Source of the DNA: Mobula hypostoma
Taxonomy: Eukaryota
Reading direction: 5' to 3'
DNA: 64,000 bases
NCBI RefSeq assembly: GCF_963921235.1
Contig: NC_086097.1
Location: 85,252,001-85,316,000, forward strand
Shown here: piece after piece, positions 38,740 through 49,370 of the stretch
Numbering within the stretch: the first letter of the stretch is position 1
Layout: each line of letters begins with the position of its first letter
Notes under the pieces: model-generated
What the model was told of the DNA's origin: nothing
Seen by the model: only the letters and a program-made list of their open reading frames with translations
Database searches by the model: none
Program-made: the position numbers and the translations under genes

Positions 38740-39093
38740 CCCCAGCACCCAGGGCATGCCCTTTTCTCACCATGACCATCAGGTAGGAGGTACAGGAGCC
38801 TGAAGGCACACACTCAGCGATTCAGGAACAGCTTCTTCCCCTCTGCCATCTGATTCCTAAATGGACATTGAACCCGTGAACACTACCTCACTTTTCAAAT
38901 ATATATTATTTCTGTTTTTTTCTGCATGCTTTTTAATCTATTCAATATATTTATACTGGAATTGATTTACTTATTTATAATAATTATTATTATTTTGTTT
39001 TTTTCTTCTATATTATGTATTGCATGGAACTGCTGCTGCTAGGTTAACAAATTTCATGACCCATGCCGGTGATAATGAACCTGATTCTGGTTC
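38740..39093 (+). mobile_element. Rex1/Babar-like LINE 3' end nested in an unclassified retroposon (about 38520-39350)
   Basis: HPGHALFSP*PSGRRYRSLKAHTQRFRNSFFP; tail ctgattctggttctga. Confidence 0.75.
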
Positions 39094-39128
39094 TGATATT
39101 TTATATGTGTTTGCTACCTTATATGTGC

Positions 39129-39230
39129 TATATGAGTTGGATGATCAGCCATGATCATAATAAATGGCGGTGCAGGCTCGAAGGGCCGAATGGCCTACTC
39201 CTGCACCTATTTTCTATGTTTCTATGTTTC
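39129..39230 (+). mobile_element. 102-bp CR1 (HER1-like) 3' tail insertion with a 9-bp TSD
   Basis: TSD tatatgtgc at 39120-39128 and 39231-39239. About 3 mismatches to 35413-35508. Confidence 0.85.
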
Positions 39231-39484
39231 TATATGTGCCTTTTGCTGTGTATGTTTGTTGGCATTGTATTTTGTATCTTGGCCCTGGAGTAATGCTATT
39301 TCATTTGGCTGTATTCATGTTTGGTTTAATGACAATTAAGCTTGAGAATTAAATAAATAAATAAGTAAATAAATGAATGAATGAGCAATAAATATCAAGA
39401 ACATGATGAAGAACTCTTTAAAGTGAGTCCATAGGTTGTGGAAACAGTTTCGTAATGGGGCAAGTGAAAATGAGTGAAGTTATC

Positions 39485-40286
39485 TGTCAAACATGAGGAA
39501 ATCTGCAGATGCTGGAATTTCAAGCAACACACATAAAAGTTGCTGGTGAACGCAGCAGGCCAGGCAGCATCTATAGGAAGAGGTACAGTCGACGTTTCGG
39601 GCGGATATCCTTCGTCAGGACTAGCTGAAAGAAGAGCAAGTAAGAATTTGAAAGTGGGTGAGGAGGGGGAGATCCGAAATGATAGGAGAAGACAGGAGGG
39701 GGAAGGATTGAACAAGGAGCTTGACAGTTGATTGGCAAAAGGGATATGAGAGGATCATGGGACAGGAGGCCTAGGGAGAAAGAAAGGGGGAGTGGTGAAG
39801 CCCAGAGGATGGGCAAGGAGTATAGTGAGAGGGACGGAGGGAGAAAAAGGAGAGAGAGAAAAAGAATAGATATATAGAATAAATAAATAACAAATGGGGT
39901 ATGAGAGGGAGGAGGGGCATCAACAGAAGTTAGAGAAGTCAATGTTCATGCCATCAGGTTGGAGGCTACCCAGACAGAATATAAGGTGTTGTTCCTCCAA
40001 CCTGAGTGTGGCTTCATCTTGGCAGTAGAGGAGGCCGTGGATAGATATATCAGAATGTGAATGGGACGTGGAATTAAAATGTGTGGCCACTGGGAGACCC
40101 TGCTTTCTCTGGCGGACAAAGCGTAGGTGTTCAGCGAAACGGTCTCCCAGTTTGCGCCGGGTCTCGCCAACATATAGAAGGCTGCATCGGGAGCACCGGA
40201 CACAGTATATCACCCCAGCCAGCTCACATGTGAAGTGTCGCCTCACCTGAAAGGACTGTCTGGGGCCCTGAATAGTAGTGAGGGAG
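39485..40286 (-). mobile_element. Penelope-like retroelement, 5'-truncated, with an open GIY-YIG endonuclease frame
   Basis: ORF FTC...GVIYCVRCSRCSLLYVGETRRKLGDRFAEHL...VATHFN...RLEEQHLIF.LGSLQPDGMNIDF shows VIY...YVG with CxxC between them and conserved R, E and N. Flanking duplication gaagttatc at 39476-39484 and 40287-40295. Confidence 0.9.
39587..39622 (-). ncRNA. Minimal type I hammerhead ribozyme motif in the PLE terminus
   Basis: Minus strand reads AGUC-CUGACGA-aggauauccgccc-GAAAC-GUC-GACU: core boxes intact, stem I AGUC/GACU, loopless palindromic ACGU stem III. Confidence 0.75.
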
Positions 40287-41259
40287 GAAGTTATCCCTTC
40301 TGGTTCAAGAGGCATTGTTTGAAGAGGTGGTAAGGATCTTTTAGAGTTTATATTTTCGGCTGATTGACAGCATCTCCAACAGTCCAGCATTGTTTCAGTA
40401 TGAGGGTGGAGTGTCAGCCAGGATTACTTGCTCAGACCTATGGAGTGAGGCTTGAGTCTGCACTCTGGTTGTGAGGTACAGTCAGTAATGCTGCTGCTTG
40501 TTTGACAGCTTTCTGTAGGGCTGACTGAAGTAGTTCTTGGATCATTTGATACCTTTCTATTTCCATTGTTTACTTTACTCATTTAATGGCAAGCATATCA
40601 TTCTCTGTGAGACTTCATAAACACTTGGATTATTTGAAGTGGATGCAACAGCAATTTAAGTAAAGCAATGACTTTATAACAGATGTTCCAATACCTTGGC
40701 AACAGCTTTGGGACTATACTGAGAGCTTCAGAAAAATTAAAGCTGACAGGGTGGATGGCAAGATGAAAAGCTCAAAACCCATACATTCCAATGGCATTTT
40801 TTAAAAAAGAATTACGTATTTGCTTTGTCTTTCTGCCTTTGTCTCTCCTTCTCTTCTGAAGGTGGTTATCCACAGGCACTGTCTGACCTCCAGTGCCTCA
40901 TAGGTGGGAGAAGGTAAGGGACAGCAAGTTGTTGAATTGTAGAGGAAAGTCCCTGCCTTGACTAGGCCTCCACTCAGTGTGGCCTTTGCAGATGGTAGCC
41001 AGAATTTGCTGCCCTCCAGTCAGTGGAACGTGAGGTTGTTATTACAATTTGTTTGGGGGGAAGGAGGTGGGACGGGTGTGTGAGGAGGGTAGAGTTATTC
41101 TGCTCGCCAGTGCTTATGTAGATGCAGTTGGTTCTGCTCTTTCAGTTCCACAGTCAATGTGTGGAAGTAACGATAACCATCTCCCCTTTGGTAAGCCTTG
41201 CCCCTTGCTGTCTTCCATCTGGGTGTAGATCATGTCATAGAAGGAGCAAGAAAACCACA

Positions 41260-41690
41260 CTTAGCAGGTCAGGCAGAATCTGCACTGGGAAACAGATAGT
41301 CAATATTTTGGGCCAAGACCCTTCATCGGGACTGAACGGGCAGAGGGGAGAAATCCAGTATAAAGATGTGAGTAGGATAAGAGCTGGCAAGCAAAGGGTG
41401 GATCCATGTTAGGTGGAGTGGCTGGCAGATGGAGTCAGGTGGGCAGGGAAGCTCGTGACAGAAGCCGGGAAGTGGAGGCAACAAAGGGCTGCAGATGATG
41501 TAATCTGAGAAGGAAAGAACGTCGACCAAGGAGCCAAATAAGGGTAGTGGGGAGGGGAGCACATCACTTTCGCCCACCTATTGTTTGCCAGCTCTTGCTC
41601 CAGCCAACCCCCTCATTTTATGTCAGCAATGTCCCTTCTGACTTACAGTCCAGATGAAGGATATTAGCCCAAAACATCTGTTGTCCTTGT
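41260..41690. mobile_element. Inverted pair of degraded PLE termini just upstream of the exon at 41881
   Basis: gagctggcaagcaaagggtgg (41381-41401) pairs with ccacctattgtttgccagctc (about 41574-41594). Decayed hammerhead motifs at both outer ends. Confidence 0.6.
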
Positions 41691-41880
41691 GTCAGCTATA
41701 TGAGCAAACATACTGGTCTGTCTTCATTGGCTCCACACTACCAAAAGTGTACCCCTCCATTCCACAGCCATGACATTGCATTGGAGGTATTCCCATGAGT
41801 CCCACTTGCTTTTGTCCTGTCTGATTCCCTGCTGACTTAACTGACCTTCCACCCCAACCAAACTCTGCTATTTCTGCCAG

Positions 41881-42153
41881 GTGATGAAGAAGATGAAGAT
41901 ACAGGGGAGGAGAGGCTGCCTTCATGCTTTGACTACGTGATGCACTTCCTGACCGTCTTCTGGAAGGTTCTGTTTGCCTGCGTACCACCCACTGAATATT
42001 GGAATGGCTGGGCCTGCTTTGTAACGTCCATTCTCATCATTGGCATCCTGACAGCCATCATTGGAGATCTGGCCTCTCACTTTGGTTGCACCATTGGCCT
42101 GAAAGATTCAGTCACTGCTGTGGTATTTGTAGCTCTTGGCACCTCTGTACCTG
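41881..42153 (+). CDS. SLC8A3: Na+/Ca2+ exchanger (SLC8A3-like), penultimate coding exon (273 bp), TM segments and first part of the alpha-2 repeat
   Basis: Pyrimidine-rich acceptor tttctgccAG ends at 41880 and donor GTaagt starts at 42154. Encodes (G)DEEDEDTGEERLPSCFDYVMHFLTVFWKVLFACVPPTEYWNGWACF...GDLASHFGCTIGLKDSVTAVVFVALGTSVP. Phase 1 at both ends, in frame with both neighbours. Confidence 0.95.
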
Positions 42154-42279
42154 GTAAGTAAACAGAAGACATAACTGTGATTGTATTTGATTTACTTGCT
42201 GTTCACTTCTCGTGTTTCCCTTTAAGAGGCACTCAATGATTATTTTAATAGGGAACTTCAGTTCATGTGAAATGTCAGC

Positions 42280-42805
42280 ATTTGTGCAAAAGCATTCAGA
42301 ACATATACATAGCTAAGGTGCTTAAGATTTTCACACAGTACTGTGTTTGTCAATGTGGAGCAGAGAGCAAGTTTGTAAATCGGGTGGGAGCCGAGGAGGT
42401 TGGAAATGGAGTGGTGGAGTGTGGGATGGGTGGCAGAGAAGGAGTGCCAGGGCGGAGGGTGGTGTGGGTATAGACACACCCGGCCCTGAGACACCAGGCA
42501 ATACCATTGGATTCCAAACAATTGGTTTATTGGTCATTACAGAATGTCTCTCAGCTGCTTCCACCCCTCTCCCTTCCCCTTATTCCAATCATGATTCCCC
42601 TCCCCCTGACCCCTTCCCACTCTCAATTCACAATAGAGACCCATAGCACAATCAGGTCTATCATCATTCACATATGTCATGAAATTTATTTTTTTTTGCG
42701 GCAGCAGAATAGTGCAATACATACAATTACTACAGTACTATGCAAAAGTCTTAGGCCCCGTAGTTATATATACTGTGTGTGCCTAAGACTTTAACACAGT
42801 ACTGT
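42280..42805. mobile_element. Unclassified composite repeat bounded by two short cagtactgtgcaaaa-type hairpins
   Basis: A second copy is split into about 21780-21864 and about 25530-25930 by the CR1 insertion. Confidence 0.7.
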
Positions 42806-43944
42806 CTATCATTCCTCCAAGTCACAGGTATGTTTCAACATGCTTTGAAACTAAATCATTTCCTTCAGTGTTGGTTCTATGGGCAACGGGAAACTCATTT
42901 TGCATTCAGCAAGATCCCACAGGCCATTTTGATCAAACACCTCAGTAATGCGCCTTATTACTCTCTCCATTCCACATGGCTCGTGTCTATTCCTCAGGCT
43001 AAAATCAGAAGGAAGACAAGCAGGCTGGAAACACTCAGCAGGCCAGGAAGTATCTGTGAAAAGATAAATAGCTAAGCTTCAGTTGTGAAAACCTTTGTAC
43101 GAGAAAGGGAGTGGATATGTCAGTGTTTTATTATGTAGCTGTGATAGGTCAAGACATTTTAACAGAGGTGTGAACCACCCATGAAGGTCAACCAGTTTCT
43201 GAACAGAGGAGCTTGAGTTGCCTTCTTCTGCTTTTCCTTACAATCTGTTTCCATTTTTTGAGAGAAGTTTGAGGCTGCAGAGAGATTTAAAAAGGCTGAG
43301 ATATTAAAACTGCCCATATGATGCAGAAATGAAGTATGATAAATTTTCAGAATGCAGAATCATGCAGCAGGTGGGGACCTTATAAAAGTTATTATTTAGC
43401 TGTTCCAATCTGTTTGCAATAGCAAGCAAGAGCTAACCACCATTCATCCTCAATATCATTATGTGCCATGTTGCATGACATGGGCGATCATGGTCTGCCA
43501 TCTGTCTTCAATCTGTGATATTCTAATAAGCACTTCAAAACTTTTGCCTGTCCCTCCCTTGATGTAATTCATGAATGTCTTGCTCTCTCAGTCACGACCT
43601 TTTCTTCCATCACTTTCTCCCATCTCTTTCCTCTGTACATACCCCAGAAATTCCATCTGCTGCTCCCTGATTGAAGACATCAGCTCTCTTCTTATTCCGG
43701 CACTTTGCAACATTATCACCATTAACTAGATTATTCAGCAAAGTTAAATCTGAATCATCAGTTTTCCAATTCATCCATTAACGAGAATCCAGCGTAGTCT
43801 CCCCGGATCCACAGGGAGATTGATGTAATACTGAATTTCAATAATTGGGCAGTAACACTCACTGAAACTGCTGGCACTCCCTGTATTCCCTAAATCATTG
43901 GTCTAATTGTTAAGTGATGCAGCCCACATTTCTTTATTTTTTAT

Positions 43945-44250
43945 TGTCACAGAGTGATAGAGCACTACAGCAGAGAATAAGGCCCTTCGGCCCATCTAGT
44001 CCATGCTGAGGTGTTAGTCTGCCTAGTCCCACCGACCCAAACCTGGACCATAGCCCTCCATACCCTCCTATCCCTGTACTTATCCAATCTTTTCTTAAAT
44101 GCTGAAATCAAACCTGCTTCCACTACTTACTCTGGCAGTTCGTTCCAAACTCACATCACCCTCTGAGTGAAGAAATTCGCCCTCAGGTTCCCCTTTCACC
44201 CCTAACCTATGACCTTTAGCTTTAGTTTCACCCAACCTTAGCGGAAGGCA
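43945..44250 (-). mobile_element. CR1 3' tail, degraded
   Basis: ggcccttcggcccatc and caccctctgagtgaagaa are reverse complements of blocks in the + copy at 45310-45735. Confidence 0.65.
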
Positions 44251-45309
44251 TCTGTCTTTGTATTCTTAATTAATTCCTAGCAGTGTAGGGAATTTTTAAA
44301 TAGACTATCATTTTTGTAACTTTTTAAAATAAGTTTTTGAGATTCTTTGAACCTGTTGAAACGACATTTAAATAGTTCCAATGATATCGAAATTATTTAA
44401 CTACTGAAAGCCCAATGTAGTTGAGACCCCAGATTCCACCAGCTGCGACCTGGGAGACAAACTGATCTCACAGAGGGGCTGCAGCAGCTGGGTTGGCCAC
44501 CCTCATGGAGGTGACTGAAGTAACTCTGTTTCTAAGGCTTGTGAGTCGCACAGTAGCAGAGCCACACGGCCCCACAGCTCCATTGATTCAGGATTCGACC
44601 CTGACCTCTGAGCGGAGTTTGCTTGTTTCTGCTGGACGTGCTGGTTTGCTCCAGCATGCCAAAGTTATCAGGCTGGGTGGATTGGTTGACTGCTGAAAAT
44701 TTCACCAAGTGTGTAAGTGAGTGGTTGAAACTGCAGGATTGAAAACATGGGGATTTTTATAAAAATGGGATTAGCATTGTATTAATGGTTGTTGGCAAGG
44801 ACTCAGTAAGTTGAAAAGCCAGTCTCTGAACATTCACAGTTATAGCCATGACTTGGCTGCAATTGTGATGCAAGCCCTTATATCTTGCACTGCCGTTCAG
44901 TAATTAGCTACATCTCACTTTCCTGCATTGCATTTAATTTGCTGTCAAAATCACTTCCTTCATGTGGCTGCACTGCTGGCTATTTGAAATAGCCAGAAAT
45001 AATAATACCCCGTGATAGCACCCAGATCCATACTTTCAGCCTTGGATTTATCCTTGTCTATCGTTACTCTTTTCATCATACAGGCACCATCCTTACCTGC
45101 CACCACTGGCTTATCGTCGTTCACATTCTTTAACTTTGTGACGTCATCTGTGAAAATTGCTAATTTCCACACGCACATCAATAATACTCCAGCTTTCTCA
45201 ACAATTACACTTTCTGTGTGTCCAGCACAGAGTTTTGGATGAGACTTAATTGATGTGCTTGGGAGTACTAAAGTAGAATATATCTCAGTAGAAATAGGAA
45301 GCACATGCT

Positions 45310-46130
45310 TAATGAGAATGTTTACGAGGATGTTGCCAGGAATTGAGGACCTGAGCTATAGGTTAGGATTTTGTTCCCTGCAGCATAGAAAAATGGTGGG
45401 AGATTTGTTAGAGATATACAGAATTATGAGGGGTGTCGATAGGGTAAATGCAAGCACGCTTTTTCCACTGAGGTTGGGTGAGACTTGAACTAGAGGTCAG
45501 GGTTAAGTGTGAAAGGTAAAATGTTTAGAGGGAATACAAGGGGAAACTTCTTCACTCAGAGGGTGATGAGAGTGTGGAATGAGCTGCCAGTGGAAGTGGT
45601 GGATGTGGGTTCAATTTCAACATATAGGAGAAGTTTGGATAGGTACATACTGTAATGGGACTAGGCAGATAAAAAGTTTGGCATGAACTAGATGGGCCAA
45701 AGGGCCTGTTTCTGTGCTTTAGTTTTCTATGACTCAATAAAGTATATTATTCAGTCCTGGTTGCCTGAATATATGAAGGATGCGGGAGTCTTAGGCAAGG
45801 TGTAGAGGAGATTTAGTAAAATGATCAAAGAACATGTCTACAGCAAGCTAGAGCTTTTCTCTTGAAGCAACAGGATACCCCAAAAGGATGAGTGGAGACT
45901 TACTAGAGGTGAATAAGATTATGAGAGGAATAGAATGGACAGTCATCACCTTTTTCCCAGGTGCCCCAAACCAGAGAACATCTGCTTAATGTGAGTGGAG
46001 AAAAGATTTCAAATGTAGTTTCTTTTTGCACAGAGTGGCAGGTGCCTGGATTATGGGGTGTATGGGAGGGAAGGGTTATATTGATTGTGGAGTAGGTTTA
46101 TATACAACATTGCAGGCTGACAGTCCTGTA
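45310..46130 (+). mobile_element. Two degraded CR1 3' ends in tandem
   Basis: RMFTRMLPGIEDLSY...GDLLEIYRIMRGVDRV and ttcttcactcagagggtg; a second copy starts at about 45750. Confidence 0.7.
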
Positions 46131-46332
46131 TATGTATTATATCTGGAGAGTTTGTAAATTGTCAAATCAAGTGAAAGCAAGTAACACCTGATCAAATAAA
46201 CCAGAAAGATGTGAAGATGGCAAGTAGTCAACTACACAACATTAAGTACCCTAATGTAAACTCTGGAAAAATGGCGTGAAGGCAGGGAAGCACCTGGAAT
46301 GCATGGTGGTGATCAGAATCTTAACAAGCTAG

Positions 46333-46530
46333 AAACACAAGAAAGTCTGCAGATGCTGGAAATCCAAAGAAACACACACAAAATGCTGGAGGAACTCAGC
46401 AGGTCAGGCAGCATCTATGGAAAAGAGTAAACAGTCAATGTTTCGGGACTGTGAAGGAGGAGGGCAGATGTGTGGATAAAAAGCTGGGCGGATCGGAAAG
46501 AGGCTAGCTGGAAGGTGATCGATGGAATAT
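46333..46530 (-). mobile_element. PLE terminal fragment
   Basis: ctgcagatgctggaaatcc...atgctggaggaactcagcaggtcaggcagcatctatgg, shared with the other PLE ends. Confidence 0.75.
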
Positions 46531-47009
46531 GGTCAGGAGTCAGCACAGGCCTTTGGGCTGAATACCTCCTTTCTGTGTGGTTACAATCATGAAACAAGAT
46601 TGGGCGTATTCTGGGTTTTTCACTGAAGAACGGATGAAGCTCAGTTGCAGATTTCCGGAGAGCGACAGATGAATTGGTGGAAAGGGCAGAGACATAGCTG
46701 ATGTAGTACAGAGAATTGTGTTAAAACATCCTGGATGGTAAAACACGGGGAGTCAATTTAACTAAATAGTTCAATTGCAGAAGAGAGTGTGGGTAGAGAG
46801 GAAATGTGGAGTGGGAACTGGGGAGCAGCATCAGAAGAGGCCCAAGTTTGAGGGATCAGATATAACACCACAACTTCATATATTCAAAGTGAAAATGTAA
46901 GTAACTCATTTTCCCAATCACTATTTTTGGGCTCACTTCAGCCAATGAATGTAAAAGTTTTTTTTACCTACTCCTGTTTTGATCTGCTGCACCTTGTGTT
47001 ATCCCACAG

Positions 47010-47386
47010 ATACCTTTGCCAGCAAAGTGGCAGCCTCACAGGACTACTATGCAGATGCCTCCATCGGGAACGTCACTGGAAGCAATGCGGTCAATGTTTT
47101 CCTGGGCATTGGATTGGCGTGGTCTGTTGCTGCCATCTACTGGGCATCCCAGGGCAAGGAGTTCCGAGTGGAAGCAGGCACCCTGGCCTTTTCTGTCACT
47201 CTCTTCACCATCTTTGCTTTTGTCAGCGTGAGCATCCTGCTGTACAGGAGGCGGCCGCACATCGGGGGAGAGCTTGGGGGTCCGCGGGGACCCCGCATTG
47301 CCACCGCCGCATTATTTGGTGGATTGTGGTTACTATACATTCTGTTCTCTTGTTTGGAAGCCTACTGCTATATAAAGGGGTTCTAA
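47010..47386 (+). CDS. SLC8A3: Na+/Ca2+ exchanger (SLC8A3-like), last coding exon to the stop codon
   Basis: Acceptor atcccacAG ends at 47009; g+at gives Asp, completing GTSVPD. Encodes DTFASKVAASQDYYADASIGNVTGSNAVNVFLGIG...RRRPHIGGELGGP...LEAYCYIKGF with TAA at 47384-47386, the typical NCX C-terminus. Confidence 0.95.
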
Positions 47387-47528
47387 AGCAAAGGGGCCTT
47401 TGTGCTACCCCCAAAGAGACACATCACTTGAATCTCTTCGAACACAATGCAATACTTGCCAACAATATTCCACTCTTAAAAGAAACACTGGAGATGGTCC
47501 CATTGAAGAGGGCAGCACATGTCCCACA

Positions 47529-47538
47529 AATAAATAAA
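47529..47538 (+). promoter_or_regulatory. Possible proximal polyadenylation signal (two overlapping AATAAA)
   Basis: AATAAATAAA about 145 nt after the stop codon; downstream GT-rich element is weak. Confidence 0.3.
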
Positions 47539-48329
47539 AACATGACATTTTGTAGAGGACAGTCCTGTGTCTTCATCAGTCGCTCCTGAGCTTTCTTGCC
47601 TTACTGAAGGGTTTTTATGAAACTAATGTTAGGGGGAGGGGTGGGTTAGGTAGTGCTTAGGTCCTGTTGGGTTACCTGAATTGAATTGGATGAAGGATTG
47701 TTTAATTGAACTGTCAACTAAGGAAGAAAAGAACAGCAATGAGAACTGCCGTTTATGAGTATTGCCCTGCTGTGTGTCCATAGCAATTACTGTGTTCAGT
47801 CCTTCCTCTGGAGAGTAAATCCACCCAAAGCAAATAGTCTCAAAGAACAAACTGGATGGCATTTACATCACGGGCTGGCAGTGGGATCCACTTGAAAGCA
47901 CGCCTATAGCAGAGACCTAATTTAATTTAATTACAAATCCTGTACGCTTTGGAACCCTGTTTTAATGTAGCTTGCTTGCATCATCACAAATGAAAAGAGC
48001 CAAGGCAAGCACATGGAAGGCAAAAGCTGAGCTCAAACCCTTCAGAATACTCGTTCAGTTCTTCAGGAAGGGCTGGGTTCACAGAATTGGTGCACTGGGT
48101 TGCGACGTTAATTCTGCCTTGCCATTTACTAAGAAAGAGACAAGTAGCATTCAGAGTCTGATGGATTAGCTTAATTTGCCCCATGATTGATCTGGAATAT
48201 TGGAACAGAAGCTAACTCCTGCCACTCACTCAGTTCACAGCTAGAGCCATCCTTAATTCCAATTGCCTGGAATGGTAATAAGTGGGATGAGAGCCTCGGA
48301 GAGTAGTTGAGGTGGCGTCACGTCTGTTA

Positions 48330-49370
48330 TATTTATTTTACTCAATCTCAGGAGGTGGACGTTGCCAGCACGTCTGCTATTTATCGTCCAATGTGAATTG
48401 TGCTTAAGAAGCAGATGGTGAACTGCCAAATTGTGGCGAATTTACTCTTTTAAAAGCATAATAAATCTGAGAGGTCCAGGATTTTAATTTCATAACCGCA
48501 CTGGGCACTGGGACTTAAGCACACATCATTGTGGCAATATTCCCCTGTATTTATGGTCCATGGTCAAGAGGCGTAGCAGGTGCTGCTGAGGAAGTATTGG
48601 CAGGTTACCGCAGTGTGCCTTATGCACACAACAAGAATGGAGAAGCTGTAGTGGAGGGAGTGAGTGAGTGAGTGAGTGATTAAATCGGAAAGTGGGTTGC
48701 TGATAGGATGGGGCACTTAATTCTGATGGTGTGGAGGTTCTTGAGTGTCCCTGATACCATGTTCATTTAGACCACAACATCTGGGTTGTGACTTGTGAAT
48801 GGCGCAACAGCCTTGGGGAGTTACAAGGTAAGACTCTGTAATCTGCTTTCATAGGCTTGGCTTTTATGTGGCTGGCTCATGTAATGTTTCTCTTTAATGG
48901 CGACCCCCAGGTTGTTAATGGTGGAGAGTAGATGATCATAATGCCATTACATCCCAAGGTAAAACTGTTAGAGCTGATCTTGTTGAAAATGGTCAAAGTC
49001 TATAACTTGTACAATGTGACTATTATTTCAGAACTGCTCAAGGCTGATTATTGCGGAAGCCTTGCTCACAGTAGGCACGGAACTGATCGTTGTCTAGGGA
49101 AAGCAAATAGAAGGGAACTTTGAGCAACCATCAGCAAACTTCCCAACTTCTGCGATGGAAGGAAGATAATTAATAAGGCAGCGATGACATCAGGCTGGAA
49201 CAGTGCCCTCCAGGACATACTGGAGCTAGGATGATTGTCTCTTGTCAGTACGTCCCCTGGATTCCCATTAACTCCTGGTTTCTCAAGACCTTCCTGTATG
49301 ACTCTTGGTTTAATACTACATTGAAATGAAGAGCAGTCGCCATCTGGAATTCAGTGCTTGGGTCCTTGCC
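48330..49370 (-). mobile_element. Ancient, highly degraded LINE remnant inside the putative 3' UTR
   Basis: Weak similarity to the old LINE flanking the CR1 complex (about 27925-28000 and 32640-33070) and faint reverse-strand RT motifs near 49130-49230. Confidence 0.4.

Larger units (their letters stand above)
3789..41880 (+). other. Intron of the SLC8A gene, 38,092 bp, repeat-rich
   Basis: GT...AG boundaries; flanking exons join as ...ITVSA-G-DEEDE... with no NCX sequence missing. Confidence 0.88.
42154..47009 (+). other. Last intron of the SLC8A gene, 4,856 bp
   Basis: GTAAGT...CACAG; the junction restores GTSVP-D-TFASK. Confidence 0.93.

Noticed and set aside
46927..47589. 220-aa ORF overlapping the last NCX exon in another frame, plus antisense ORFs at 47036-47414
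   Set aside because: It starts inside the intron at a non-ATG codon and has no recognisable domain; best explained as a shadow of the real coding exon.
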